In this document: in pieces, positions 39,756 to 49,858 of the stretch
Layout of the letters: every line of letters starts with the position of its first letter
Numbering within the stretch: position 1 is the first letter of the stretch
NCBI GenBank assembly: GCA_000146465.1
Contig: CP001952.1
DNA: 64,000 nucleotides
Direction: 5' to 3' (one strand)
Translations under genes and position numbers: made by a program
The notes under the pieces: generated by a model
What the model was told of the DNA's origin: nothing
Database searches by the model: none
Seen by the model: the letters and a program-made list of their open reading frames with translations, nothing else

Positions 39756-42700
39756 ATGGAGAAAGCGGAAATGAATATAGAGGCAGGACTTATGGAAAGA
39801 CTGAGCTCGAAGAATTGGAAGGATAGACAAGAAGCATATAACATGCTTGGTTCCTTCTGGAAAGAGGGAAGGGCTGTAGAGCCGGAGGTTGTCCAGATGC
39901 TCCAAAGTGAGGGAAATATTCCTGCATTGGAGGCAGCAATAGATGCTCTTTTAAATGTAAATAATCTCAAAGTCGGCGATGTCAAAAAGATTTTTGGCAA
40001 CATTGGGAACTCCAAGACTAGTATCAAAACAAGGATCGATGCATTGATTGGCAGACTGGAAGATACCGAAGAACTTATGGATGCTTTGTGTGAAATTTTG
40101 GATTCTAAGTCTCCTAGAAATGTATCTGGGGCATTATCGGCCATCTGCAACGTTGTTAGAAGTAGAGGATGTGGCTTGAAGCCCATTGGTGAAAGGATAG
40201 GGGAAGTAATGGGGCATGCGGACAAGGGAGTCAGAAATGAAGGATTCAAGCTATGTATAGAGCTTTACAAAAGGAATGGAGAATTGCTCTTGCCATACCT
40301 AAGTAATTTGAAGCCAATACAGCAGAAAGAGTTAATGGAAGAGTTCGGGAAGTGTAATCTTGTTGAAGAGAAGGAGGATAAAAAGGAGCTTGTGGGTCTA
40401 TCTGGAGACCTTCTTAAAGGAGCTTCCGATGATAACTGGAAGGTCCGATTAGAAGCCATGCGTGGGATCAAAAAAATAGCTAGATGTGTTGAGTACAATA
40501 GTGAGCTGAATAGTCTTCTTTGTAGAAGAATAGGGGATGTTAACAATCAAGTATTTTATACAACTTTGGAGGTTCTTGGAGAACTAAAGCCTAGGAACAT
40601 TGAAATTATAAAGGGGCTTGTTGAGAGGCTCAAGGAGAAGAAAGATGTAACCTCGGAGAAGATAAAGGAAATCCTTTTTAAGGTTGGGGTTAGGATAAGT
40701 GGGAGCAATGCCGAGTTTCTAGGGCATAAAAATCCCCAGGTTAGACTAAATTTGTTAGACTACTCATTGAGAGATTTGCAGAATGACAAGGAATTCATCA
40801 AGATGGTAGGAAACTGCCTTCTTGATCCGGTTGGAGAGGTCAGAAACAAGGCAATGGAAGTAGTTTCTGAAATCCACAAGAAGTACGGAAACATATTTGA
40901 AGGCACGGTCACTCATAATGCTCTTCCTCGAATCAATAAAATAATAGGAAACAATAGCAAAAAAGAAGCAGGAGATGGAAATTCTTCCGGCCTGGAAAAA
41001 AAGACTACACCAGAAAGACGAATGAAGATAGAAGACCCCGATACTAGGGATAGCAAAGTCTTGAGGGGAAAAAAGAGTACACCTTCTAACCACACAAGAG
41101 AGAATTCTAAAGATGTGGCTTTGTCTTCCCGAGAAGACGACTCTGCAAGCAAGAAGAAGCATTCGAAGGTGGGAATGGATGTTTTACTCAATAACATCAG
41201 TAGGCAAAGGGCCAAGGGAAGTGGAAATAGAGAAGAGATTTTCACTCCTCAGTTTATCCAAATGATGGACAAAGGGCCTTTTCATCAAGTCTACGACCTA
41301 TTCGACAGTATAGATAAGACGATTGTCAGCGATTTTCTCATAGATTTTCTTATTCAATCGAATGCTTCAGAAGCATTTATCAACTCGACACTCTTATCGT
41401 TTATTTCTAATAAGTATATTCTGAAGGAGTTTGAATGCAAAAAGCTTGTGGAGTATCTTCTATCTAACGGAATGAGCGAGGAGTTGGGGATGATGGACAG
41501 GGTCTATCCTGTTACAAAGCTTTTTCTGGTCTACCAAAAGATAGGCAATAAGGAGGCCAATAATGAGATACTAAAGCTAGTAAGGAAGTACAGAATGTTC
41601 CGAGGGGACAAGAAGCAATTTATTGAAGGGATTAAGAAAAGAGGAAAAACAGAGGTTGAAGATGCGATAAAGGGATGCCCAGACTTCCTAAGCTTTGTAG
41701 ATGAGCTTGAGGGAAGTTTTATGTCTACAGGAAATGAAGATTGTGATGATGTAAAAATAGAAAAGAATTTTGAAAAAACATCCGATGAGGTAGGCTCTCA
41801 GAAATCGGAATACATAGAAAAGGTAATTGATGGAGAGGAAATAGACATGGAGGTTCCATCCATTCACGATGACTCCTTTGTGGTTGGAGATGCCGACATT
41901 GAAGCTTCTTTTGAGGCCTTGAGCATACATTCTGTCTCCGGAGTTTTCACACCAAACTCGAAGAAAGTTAGAAAGGAAGTTATTCCCCCTGAAAAGCAAA
42001 GAAGGGAGGTAAGCGGTTTGGAGCTTGTACTAGATCATCTTATTGACTCCAATCCTGGGGTCAGCGAAGTAGCCTTTAAAAGACTCATGAACATCATAGA
42101 TTCAGAGATTGGATCTCTTTTGTCTTTTTCAAACTCCATTGTTAGTTCTATTTCAATTCAGCTTTTTGATGTACTCCACAATCCTTCTTTTTCGGACTTG
42201 ATTCTTCAAGTTTTCTTCAAACTCAGCCAGAACAAGCTCTTCTGTGGGCAGCTAAGAAAAGAGACCCTGCTCAGTGCCAACACAGATCTCGTAAAGATAA
42301 TGAAAAGACAGAATACCAAGGATTATAATGCAAAGGTATCTTCTCCAGGCTTTTTTTCTCGAGATACCTCGCTTATAGGAGAAATTCTGATTAATCTTTG
42401 CCTCAATTCCAGGCCCAGTCTTGTCTTAGAAGTATATTTAGAAATGCTGGTCTCTTCTAAGGAAGAAATTCTGTTAAAACTTATATGGAGACATTCCAAG
42501 TCGCTAAAAATGGATGATAGAGAGGAGCTGTCGAAGGTTCTGGATGTATTAATGCGCTTTTATGATAGCAACTATCATTCTATTCTTTCAGAAGACAATG
42601 TCACCCTGAAGATATTACAGCTTCATTTGAAAGAGATGGTTAAATTTTATAGAAAAGATATATACGAGTTTGGAATTCGTGGTCTCGCCAAAGTATTTGT

Positions 42701-42767
42701 GGGATCTATGATAGGAAACACAGAATCCATACATCGGCGAGAGACCAAGAAGGTTGATTCCAACTAA
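39756..42767 (+). CDS. TOG/HEAT-repeat microtubule-associated protein (Stu2/XMAP215/Dis1 family)
   Basis: 1003 aa. The N-terminal LMERLSSKNWKDRQEAYNMLGSFWKEG is the hallmark opening of a TOG domain (LxHKNWKxRxEALExL). A second HEAT block begins SDDNWKVRLEAMRGIKKI. The remainder is helical repeat. Confidence 0.6.
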   Translation: MEKAEMNIEAGLMERLSSKNWKDRQEAYNMLGSFWKEGRAVEPEVVQMLQSEGNIPALEAAIDALLNVNNLKVGDVKKIFGNIGNSKTSIKTRIDALIGRLEDTEELMDALCEILDSKSPRNVSGALSAICNVVRSRGCGLKPIGERIGEVMGHADKGVRNEGFKLCIELYKRNGELLLPYLSNLKPIQQKELMEEFGKCNLVEEKEDKKELVGLSGDLLKGASDDNWKVRLEAMRGIKKIARCVEYNSELNSLLCRRIGDVNNQVFYTTLEVLGELKPRNIEIIKGLVERLKEKKDVTSEKIKEILFKVGVRISGSNAEFLGHKNPQVRLNLLDYSLRDLQNDKEFIKMVGNCLLDPVGEVRNKAMEVVSEIHKKYGNIFEGTVTHNALPRINKIIGNNSKKEAGDGNSSGLEKKTTPERRMKIEDPDTRDSKVLRGKKSTPSNHTRENSKDVALSSREDDSASKKKHSKVGMDVLLNNISRQRAKGSGNREEIFTPQFIQMMDKGPFHQVYDLFDSIDKTIVSDFLIDFLIQSNASEAFINSTLLSFISNKYILKEFECKKLVEYLLSNGMSEELGMMDRVYPVTKLFLVYQKIGNKEANNEILKLVRKYRMFRGDKKQFIEGIKKRGKTEVEDAIKGCPDFLSFVDELEGSFMSTGNEDCDDVKIEKNFEKTSDEVGSQKSEYIEKVIDGEEIDMEVPSIHDDSFVVGDADIEASFEALSIHSVSGVFTPNSKKVRKEVIPPEKQRREVSGLELVLDHLIDSNPGVSEVAFKRLMNIIDSEIGSLLSFSNSIVSSISIQLFDVLHNPSFSDLILQVFFKLSQNKLFCGQLRKETLLSANTDLVKIMKRQNTKDYNAKVSSPGFFSRDTSLIGEILINLCLNSRPSLVLEVYLEMLVSSKEEILLKLIWRHSKSLKMDDREELSKVLDVLMRFYDSNYHSILSEDNVTLKILQLHLKEMVKFYRKDIYEFGIRGLAKVFVGSMIGNTESIHRRETKKVDSN

Positions 42768-42852
42768 GATTGGCAATAAAAGAGCAGTTTGATATATTTT
42801 TGGCATCCAAGATCTTGAAGGACTGATTTCTTTTCTTAGGAGCCCATTCCCA

Positions 42853-43674
42853 ATGAATAGAAGAAAGAGAGAGAGAAGAGAATATTTGCTCCAAAAAGAA
42901 AGAGAAAGGTTTGACAAAGAAATGGAGGGAAAAAAGCAAAAGCTAGACGAAGCATTGGAGTCCAACACAAAAATCCCTCACGACATTAAAAAAGACGCAG
43001 CTACATTGCTGAACGAAATGATTTACGAAGGGAAAATTGAGGAAGAGCATAGACTTCCAAAGATAATGGTCACTACATCGAGAAGTCCGAGCTCGCAACT
43101 TCTGCATTTCTCAAAGCATCTATCTCTAGTATTGAACGGTGAAAATGTCATTCGTGGACAACTATGCGAGGAAGAAATAAGTGACTTGGCACACAAACAT
43201 GAATACACATGTGTTATCATTATACATGAGAATAGGGGGAGGCCGTCTGCTCTTGCGGTTTCCTACTTTCCGTTTGGGCCTACGATGAGATTCACAATAA
43301 TAGATCACTTCTTGACAAGGAGATCCCATCCTCTTTCCCCTAAGATGTACTTTGTGTGCGACAATATGGAGGGACCCGTCGGGATAAAAATCAAAGAGAA
43401 AATGGCGCTACTATTTCCCCGATGCGATGGAGCAAAAAGAATAGTTAGTTTAGTAAACAGAAACGACACTATTGCATTCCGGCACTATTTAATAGAGAAG
43501 GGAGATAAAACCACTTTAAGCAAGAGTCTTGGAATGGACCTTAGAGCATATGAAATAAGAAAAGGAACTTTCGAGGTGGATGGGGAGTTTGAATGGGCTT
43601 ATAAGCCATATATGAACTCAAGAAGGACCCGGGAGGAAATAGGACGTGCACCCAAGGAACAATTAAAGTTATGA
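42853..43674 (+). CDS. IMP4: Brix-domain U3 snoRNP protein Imp4
   Basis: KIMVTTSRSPSSQLLHFSKHLSLVLNG...CVIIIHENRGRPSALAVSYFPFGPTMRFTIIDHFLTRR...RIVSLVNRNDTIAFRHY...FEWAYKPYMNSRR is collinear with Imp4 (KIxITTSRDPS...LIIvHExRGxPxGLxISHLPxGPTAxF...RVITFANQxDYISFRHH...EWxxRPYMNT). Confidence 0.8.
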   Translation: MNRRKRERREYLLQKERERFDKEMEGKKQKLDEALESNTKIPHDIKKDAATLLNEMIYEGKIEEEHRLPKIMVTTSRSPSSQLLHFSKHLSLVLNGENVIRGQLCEEEISDLAHKHEYTCVIIIHENRGRPSALAVSYFPFGPTMRFTIIDHFLTRRSHPLSPKMYFVCDNMEGPVGIKIKEKMALLFPRCDGAKRIVSLVNRNDTIAFRHYLIEKGDKTTLSKSLGMDLRAYEIRKGTFEVDGEFEWAYKPYMNSRRTREEIGRAPKEQLKL

Positions 43675-43731
43675 TTATTTGTTGATTTTGGTATGGCATC
43701 CTCATAAATTTGCATTCTCTTATATCCCTAA

Positions 43732-44775
43732 ATGAACAATGATCTTCTTCTTGGACAGATACTCCGGGTTCCTCCTATCACAAGATGCATGGTTTTACTT
43801 ATAACAATGGTATCTCTTCTTGTGTATGTGGATGCTGTATCTCCATACAGCCTTTATTATTCTCCCTTGTTTCTTAGGAAGTTCGAAGTATGGAGAATAT
43901 TCACATCGTTCCTTTATTTTGGAAAACCAACATTGGACATGTTCATGCATGTGGTTTTTTTGTACCGCTATTCTAGGATGCTCGAGGAGGGATGCATTAA
44001 CACTTCCGAATATTTCTGGTTGGTATTGGTAATATCATCTACTCTTTTTGCCATATCGAACATCTACGGTATATCGGCACTAGGAACATCATTTTCTTCA
44101 ACTATAACATACATTTGGACAAAGAGAAATCCAAGAGCCATTGTTCAGATATTTGGATTTATTTCGTTTCCTGCATTCTATCTTCCATTTATTCTTCCTG
44201 GATTCATGCTATTAACAAGGAGATCAATATCTATAGATGATGTGCTAGGAATAGTTGTTGGGCATTTGTTTCATTATTTCAAGGATATTTATCCAAGATG
44301 GGGACGCGATATTCTGAAGACTCCGTGTTGGGTTAAGAAACTTTTCAAAGAACATCCTTCTGGCTGCTGCAAGACTCAGAAGGGAATCACCATAAGAGAA
44401 GGGAGAGAAAAGTACAAGAGAAACATTGAAAACGGAAATTTTGCTAAAACCGATGAGAACAATGAAGTGGGACTCATAGATGCAACAGATCCTGAAATCA
44501 ATAAAGTAGATGATGAATATGTAGGAGAGGAGAGCCCAAGCCAGAGTTGCACAGAATCTTTAAGGGAAAAGGATTTATCCATTGCATTCTCTCAAAGACC
44601 TTCAATAGTCTCTTCTACAGTGATGACTTCCTCGATAGGACCTGAAGAAAATTGCTTGGGCGTTGTGGAGGCTTGCAGTAGCAAAGAGCCGGTGGCAGGA
44701 AATGACCCCGAGAGTCGGTCTAACGAAGAATGGGATGAGAAATGGGGAGAGAGCGATAATGAAAGTACCGGATAG
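43732..44775 (+). CDS. Derlin (Der1-like ERAD component) with a long acidic C-terminal extension
   Basis: The N-terminal PPITRCMVLLITMVSLL...LYYSPLFLRKFEVWRIFTSFLYFG...DMFMHVVFLYRYSRMLEEG matches the derlin TM1-TM3 blocks. Total length is 347 aa against about 210-250 aa typical. Confidence 0.75.
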   Translation: MNNDLLLGQILRVPPITRCMVLLITMVSLLVYVDAVSPYSLYYSPLFLRKFEVWRIFTSFLYFGKPTLDMFMHVVFLYRYSRMLEEGCINTSEYFWLVLVISSTLFAISNIYGISALGTSFSSTITYIWTKRNPRAIVQIFGFISFPAFYLPFILPGFMLLTRRSISIDDVLGIVVGHLFHYFKDIYPRWGRDILKTPCWVKKLFKEHPSGCCKTQKGITIREGREKYKRNIENGNFAKTDENNEVGLIDATDPEINKVDDEYVGEESPSQSCTESLREKDLSIAFSQRPSIVSSTVMTSSIGPEENCLGVVEACSSKEPVAGNDPESRSNEEWDEKWGESDNESTG

Positions 44776-44864
44776 GGAATTAACTCTTTGCCCTGGGGAA
44801 AGCCGTACATGTACTTGGCTACCAAGGAATCCTTGATGGTTATCATCCTCATCAAAAAACCCTG

Positions 44865-46604
44865 TTAATAAATTTTTCTGGAAAGTTGATCCATAGGAAG
44901 ATGTACCACAGGGCCTTTAGTAGATCTTACAACTCCAAAGTCTCCATTGATAGCTATTAGAATCCCACATGTTCCTTTCTTTTCTCCGTCTAGCACACAG
45001 ACAAGGTCATTTTTTTGAGGCTGAACAAACGAAACCTCAGAAAAAGAAAAGGTCTTTTCCTTTGTAATAAACAAAGCATCTTTGTAATCTTCAAGGATTA
45101 ACTCTTTTTCTGAAACCCGGATCAGAGTACCTCTGTATGGATTATTTTCTTCTCCGAGCCAGTCCATTCCAACATCTTCAGAAGCATAAATACTAGGTGT
45201 CTTGTACCCCGGAGTCTTGTATCCAGGTGTTCTGTATCCAGGTGTTTTATATCCTGGAGTTCTGGATACAATCGATTCATTGTACCTTAATGGCCTGCTT
45301 GATATTTCTCGGCTTGGCGTAATTATATGATCCTTTTCTACAAGCACAAACTTCATATTAGAATTTAACTGAATCCTGCATATGCTTCTATCTACTTCCT
45401 TGACTATACCGCTATGACCTTTATACTCTCCAGACAATATTTGTACTTCTTTGTTAATTAATGGGTCTCTTCGGACCTTTTTTCGTTCAATCCCACTAGG
45501 CCTTTCCTTTTTTGGGCTAGCTGTAACCGGGCCTTTCAGATCATCAATGTTGACCTTTAACTCCTCGGTAAAGTCCCTTATAGCAATTATACAGCTCTTT
45601 TTGTCTATTTTTACAACCACTCCATTCTCTCCCTTATAGGATACCATCTCGCCTACATCAAAATTCTTGACGAGCCCCGTACTCTGAATCTCAAACTTCC
45701 CGTCTTTACCCTCAACAACAGCAATACTCCCATTGATGCTTCGAACAATTCCTTTTACTCCTATAAGCTCTCCTCTGGTTACTCGAACCTTGTCTCCTAC
45801 AGATATAGGGCAGATTTGCTGAAACTCCTCAAGCTCCTCGAAAGTCGGCTCCACATCAAAGTCAACACTACTCTTTAAAACATCCTTTTCCAAGAATCCA
45901 TCTACATATGTGTCTCGCTTGTACACATAGTATCCCCTAGACTTTATGACACTTCCGCTTTTAAAGTTATCGGGGTTGAAAAGCTTTTTTTCTCCGTCAA
46001 TCCTCGGAACTGCTCTTATCCTTACCATTTCCTCATCATACTCAATGATCTTAACAAGATCGTTCTTGTATTTTCCTTTTCTTATCCTTCCCCATTCCCC
46101 ACATATCTTCTGTTCATGGTACGTCATCGCTTCAATCATCTCCTTCGGAGGAACAACAGATACACGGTTTCTGCTAACTCCCCGGAGTGACTCTAGTGCA
46201 TCAATAATATGTTGCTTTTGGAAGGCTTCTACGTATAGATATCCTTTCAACCCATCTTTACAGACTATACTGAATATATTCTTAGGATCGTTCTCTACAA
46301 TTTTCATCAGAATCTCTCTTTCAGATCCTCTCTTGACTCTTACAATAAACAATCTTGGGGATGTGTTTCTAGGAACTAAATTTGCCTGCTTAATGCCATG
46401 CTCAACAGTTTCCTCTTCTTCCTCGTCAATCTCCTCGTCTTCGGGTATGGATCCATATTTTTCTTCAAGCTCCTTTGTAAGCTTGGTCCAATCTCTACGA
46501 GGCACCACAGACTCTTGAACCTCATCTAAATCCTCATGGCTAAGCTCAGAGTCTTCTTCGGATGCTTCTATGCTTATGTACTTACTTCCAGGCCTCTTTG
46601 CCAT
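44865..46604 (-). CDS. SPT5: Transcription elongation factor Spt5
   Basis: 579 aa. An acidic N-terminus and an NGN domain are followed by multiple KOW motifs (VGDKVRVTRGELIGVKGIV; EMVSYKGENGVVVKI; QILSGEYKGHSGIVKEV). The C-terminal repeat region is SRTPGYKTPGYRTPGYKTPGYKTPS. Confidence 0.9.
   Translation of the reverse strand: MAKRPGSKYISIEASEEDSELSHEDLDEVQESVVPRRDWTKLTKELEEKYGSIPEDEEIDEEEEETVEHGIKQANLVPRNTSPRLFIVRVKRGSEREILMKIVENDPKNIFSIVCKDGLKGYLYVEAFQKQHIIDALESLRGVSRNRVSVVPPKEMIEAMTYHEQKICGEWGRIRKGKYKNDLVKIIEYDEEMVRIRAVPRIDGEKKLFNPDNFKSGSVIKSRGYYVYKRDTYVDGFLEKDVLKSSVDFDVEPTFEELEEFQQICPISVGDKVRVTRGELIGVKGIVRSINGSIAVVEGKDGKFEIQSTGLVKNFDVGEMVSYKGENGVVVKIDKKSCIIAIRDFTEELKVNIDDLKGPVTASPKKERPSGIERKKVRRDPLINKEVQILSGEYKGHSGIVKEVDRSICRIQLNSNMKFVLVEKDHIITPSREISSRPLRYNESIVSRTPGYKTPGYRTPGYKTPGYKTPSIYASEDVGMDWLGEENNPYRGTLIRVSEKELILEDYKDALFITKEKTFSFSEVSFVQPQKNDLVCVLDGEKKGTCGILIAINGDFGVVRSTKGPVVHLPMDQLSRKIY
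45196..45270 (-). repeat. Five tandem 15-nt units encoding the Spt5 C-terminal TPGYK/R repeats
   Basis: The plus strand reads ggtgtcttgtacccc / ggagtcttgtatcca / ggtgttctgtatcca / ggtgttttatatcct / ggagttctggataca. Confidence 0.8.
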
Positions 46605-46656
46605 TCAATGAGGGTTGAACACTTAAGACGATTAACTAACAGAATCTTCAGCCCCA

Positions 46657-46917
46657 ATGGAATTGAAGAAGTTGAAGAAGGCAGCAAAACTTAGAAACAT
46701 CGATCAGATGATTTCTCTTATAGAAAAAATACCATCGAAGAACGCAGCGGATGCAGAAAAATTTTTGTCTGATTTCTACAATCATGAGGTATCTGTAGCC
46801 AATGCTGTCTTCGAATTAACATCATACTCAAAAATACATAAGACAAAGGTAAAACTTCCTCTCAAAGGCTGTTTCACCCTTATTATTCCAAATCCAAAGG
46901 AACGATCTGCTTTTTGA
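46657..46917 (+). CDS. Small hypothetical protein (86 aa)
   Basis: An intact ORF that fills the spacer between Spt5 and the Brix gene. No motif recognised, so it could be spurious. Confidence 0.25.
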   Translation: MELKKLKKAAKLRNIDQMISLIEKIPSKNAADAEKFLSDFYNHEVSVANAVFELTSYSKIHKTKVKLPLKGCFTLIIPNPKERSAF

Positions 46918-46967
46918 TAATAAAACCATATTCCGTTAATTCGTAGATAAAAGCTATCCCCGGAAGA

Positions 46968-47516
46968 ATGAGAGTGTCTATATCGATTCCGCATAATCCT
47001 CATAAAGATACAACGGCACTACAAAAGGAACTCTTAGATATAATTCCAAACTCTTATGGTGGAGATCCCGATGAGAGGTCCGAGGTGATCATAAGAATAG
47101 TTGAAGATGTGGGGCCTCAGTGGATAGTTTTTAAGGATGAGAAGATACAGCTGGTTCTAAAGATAGTCCAGTACAAATCCAGAGACTATCTAAGGGTGTC
47201 CAAGCCCATTTCAAAAGATCATCCACCTCAACTCATTGTAAATAACTTCACAACAGATATAGGAATGCAGGTAGTTGAATTTCTAGCTGGTATGTTCCCA
47301 TTCCATCCAAGCTCTAGACAAGTTGTAAACTTCACCGTCCAGGGTGATTTCATCTACTTCAGATTATATAGATACTGTTTTGGGGAAAAGAGTCCTATTA
47401 TGGAGAATGTTGGGCCGCATCTGACTCTTAGGCTCTGGAAAATAATAGAATACAGTGGAAATGAGAAGAAAGTCATGAATTTCAAGAAGTTTATCAAAAA
47501 CTCAAGCATACTATGA
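46968..47516 (+). CDS. Compact Brix-domain ribosome biogenesis protein
   Basis: 182 aa. PQLIVNNFTTDIGMQVVEFLAGMFP and GPHLTLRLWKI match the Brix-domain C-terminal blocks (PLLVLNNF....F...FP; GPRFxLKLxKI). TCCCCGGAAGA lies just 5' of the ATG. Confidence 0.5.
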   Translation: MRVSISIPHNPHKDTTALQKELLDIIPNSYGGDPDERSEVIIRIVEDVGPQWIVFKDEKIQLVLKIVQYKSRDYLRVSKPISKDHPPQLIVNNFTTDIGMQVVEFLAGMFPFHPSSRQVVNFTVQGDFIYFRLYRYCFGEKSPIMENVGPHLTLRLWKIIEYSGNEKKVMNFKKFIKNSSIL

Positions 47517-47563
47517 GGTGGAAAAGATCCAGCCAATTTTGACAGAGTGGATATTCATAGAAT

Positions 47564-48652
47564 CTATTCTACCTGGAGGGATTTTTCTACCTGCTTGCCG
47601 AGATCATTTATCTCATGGCCTCCTTCACTTAGCTTTTCATTATAAAATCTTTCCATCTCTATTTCTTCCTCCCTTAGAGCTTTTATCCTGCTCTCATACT
47701 TATCGTTGAGGATCCTTATGGTTTCGGTCCTGAGCTTGAGATATCTAGCTTCTTTCATTGCTCCACAGTCTTTTTCAATGTCGAAAATCTTCTTCCTATA
47801 GGTATTGTAGAACATGTGGTTTGTCTTTGTTACTAGCTCGTCAAGATTTGTATATATAAGAAGGCGTTGGAGTCTCTTAAAGTCATTACTCTCCTCAAGA
47901 TCTATATTAATGAATCCCCAAATATATTTTCTTCCTCGTACAATCTCTCCCCCGTGTTCATACATGGTTTCGCTTGCAATTACTGCAAAAGGCATGTTTT
48001 CAACTATGTCTGTAATCTCTTCCGTGAGATCTCCATCGTTCTCGTTGAAGTATGGTACAAAGAAAAATATGTTGTTTTCTGATAAGATTTGCTTTACAGA
48101 CTCCTTAACGCAAGCCAACTCGTCAGGAGTGTACATGTCCGCCTTTGGTATTATTGGTACGAGATTACAGCACTGAGAAAGCTCGTACATGTTTTTTATC
48201 TCTTGGTCTGTAAGCGTGTCGGATGGAAGAAGATAAAGACAGACATGGATTCTGTTGTCCTTAAATGTTTTGTAGAGGCCTTGCTCATTGTCAAAATATT
48301 CTCTGTTCATGGCATTTATGTAATCTAGGACTGGGCTTATGTCTAGCTCGTGGTATGTCACAATAGAGATGTCTAAAGAAATATCGTTTTCAACAATCTC
48401 GTTTCTTGTTACTGTGATTGTGTTCGGCCTTTTCTTATCAACCAAAGGCGCAGCAAATATCGAGTTGATTAGTGTGGATGTGCCAAGTCCTCTTCTTCCA
48501 ACAGCCAATACATTTAGCTCAAATCCCCTAGCCATCGAACTTTCCCTTACTTGGTCTGGAACAGAAGAAAATCCCACACGGTTCTTGATGTTAATTGTCC
48601 CGAGATTTCTAACTATAGTTGGTATGTTTTTCATGTTTGTTTGTTGTGACAT
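47564..48652 (-). CDS. Septin GTPase
   Basis: 362 aa. G1 motif GRRGLGTSTLINSIF (compare GESGLGKSTLINTLF). The septin fold is collinear and a C-terminal coiled coil follows. Confidence 0.75.
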   Translation of the reverse strand: MSQQTNMKNIPTIVRNLGTINIKNRVGFSSVPDQVRESSMARGFELNVLAVGRRGLGTSTLINSIFAAPLVDKKRPNTITVTRNEIVENDISLDISIVTYHELDISPVLDYINAMNREYFDNEQGLYKTFKDNRIHVCLYLLPSDTLTDQEIKNMYELSQCCNLVPIIPKADMYTPDELACVKESVKQILSENNIFFFVPYFNENDGDLTEEITDIVENMPFAVIASETMYEHGGEIVRGRKYIWGFINIDLEESNDFKRLQRLLIYTNLDELVTKTNHMFYNTYRKKIFDIEKDCGAMKEARYLKLRTETIRILNDKYESRIKALREEEIEMERFYNEKLSEGGHEINDLGKQVEKSLQVE

Positions 48653-48868
48653 CTTTATTTATCGCTTGGATTGATATGGAGAAAGAACATCCCTGAAAAG
48701 AGAGAAAACTTCGCAAGGTACAAAGAAAGAGAAACCAAATGGAAACTCTTCAGCAACTATTTGGCCAGAAGATGGTAAGAAACTGTAAGAAGACGTATTA
48801 CAAAAGTAAGGTTTAACCAAAGAGAAGTAAAGGTCATTAAAATAAAAGTTTGTTTATGGAATGCCCCA

Positions 48869-49858
48869 ATGGAATTGAATAGGATAAAGGAACTTCAGAA
48901 GGAAAGGAAATGGATGCAATTTTGTAATGCAATAATCGATTCCATGGATTCTTTTCCTTTAAACGAGCTCTTGGACGCTTTTCTAGAAAGCGCAGGGCAA
49001 ATTCATCCTAGATCTTCATACGAAGTCTTTCTCGCGTTTTCGGAGAGATTGAATCCGGAAGAAGGCATAAGAGTCTTAGCACTTGGAGAAGAAACTATAA
49101 GAAACTCTGTTCTGTATTCTGAAACCTTCGAAGTAGAGAAGATGTTTCTGGAAATGAAAAGATGCCTACTTCTAATTGAGATAGGTGAACTCAGGGGGAT
49201 TGAAAAGAAGCTATTTGAGTGGAAAGGTTTTAGAATGCCAAAGAACGTGAGAATTATGTATAATTTTTTTGGGTTTAAATTGTACCAAAAGATTCAGAAT
49301 GTTGAAGAAGCTTTTTCTCATCTCCTAAGATATGTAAACTTATCGGGGTCTGAGGAATTGATGGATTGTCTTGTGGAGTATGCTTTACTTAGCAAAGAAT
49401 TTTTCAACTTTACCTTAATAACATCACTGCCTGGGTTCGATAAAATGAATAATAGGGATCTGAAGGAAATATTCTTAATGTTTAGAGAAGGAAATGTAGA
49501 GAGACTGGAAGAAAAGTATGGGAAATTTACTGAGATCTTTGGAAGTAACGCCGACGTAGTCAAAGAAAAGGCCTATATGATAGCCCTAATAAATATATGC
49601 TTTTCGGAGGCCGAAAAGAAAGTATCGATCAAGAAGGTTGAAGAGTTGTTGAAGATACCAAACAAGATGGTTATCTACATCATCTTAAAGTCCTTTGGCC
49701 TGGGGCTTATAAGCGGATGGATTGACGGAGAGAAGGGAATTCTTTACTTCGACAGCCTTATTCCAAGAGCGCTACAGAAAGAAGAAATTCAGAAGCTCAA
49801 GGAAAAATACGAGATCTGGGAAGGAAAAGTGCAGGAAATCGTTGCTATGCTAAAATAA
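48869..49858 (+). CDS. PCI-domain protein (26S proteasome lid / CSN / eIF3 family subunit)
   Basis: 329 aa. Helical TPR-like repeats precede a C-terminal winged-helix PCI segment (KVSIKKVEELLKIPNKMVIYIILKSFGLGLISGWIDGEKGILYFD). Confidence 0.5.
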   Translation: MELNRIKELQKERKWMQFCNAIIDSMDSFPLNELLDAFLESAGQIHPRSSYEVFLAFSERLNPEEGIRVLALGEETIRNSVLYSETFEVEKMFLEMKRCLLLIEIGELRGIEKKLFEWKGFRMPKNVRIMYNFFGFKLYQKIQNVEEAFSHLLRYVNLSGSEELMDCLVEYALLSKEFFNFTLITSLPGFDKMNNRDLKEIFLMFREGNVERLEEKYGKFTEIFGSNADVVKEKAYMIALINICFSEAEKKVSIKKVEELLKIPNKMVIYIILKSFGLGLISGWIDGEKGILYFDSLIPRALQKEEIQKLKEKYEIWEGKVQEIVAMLK

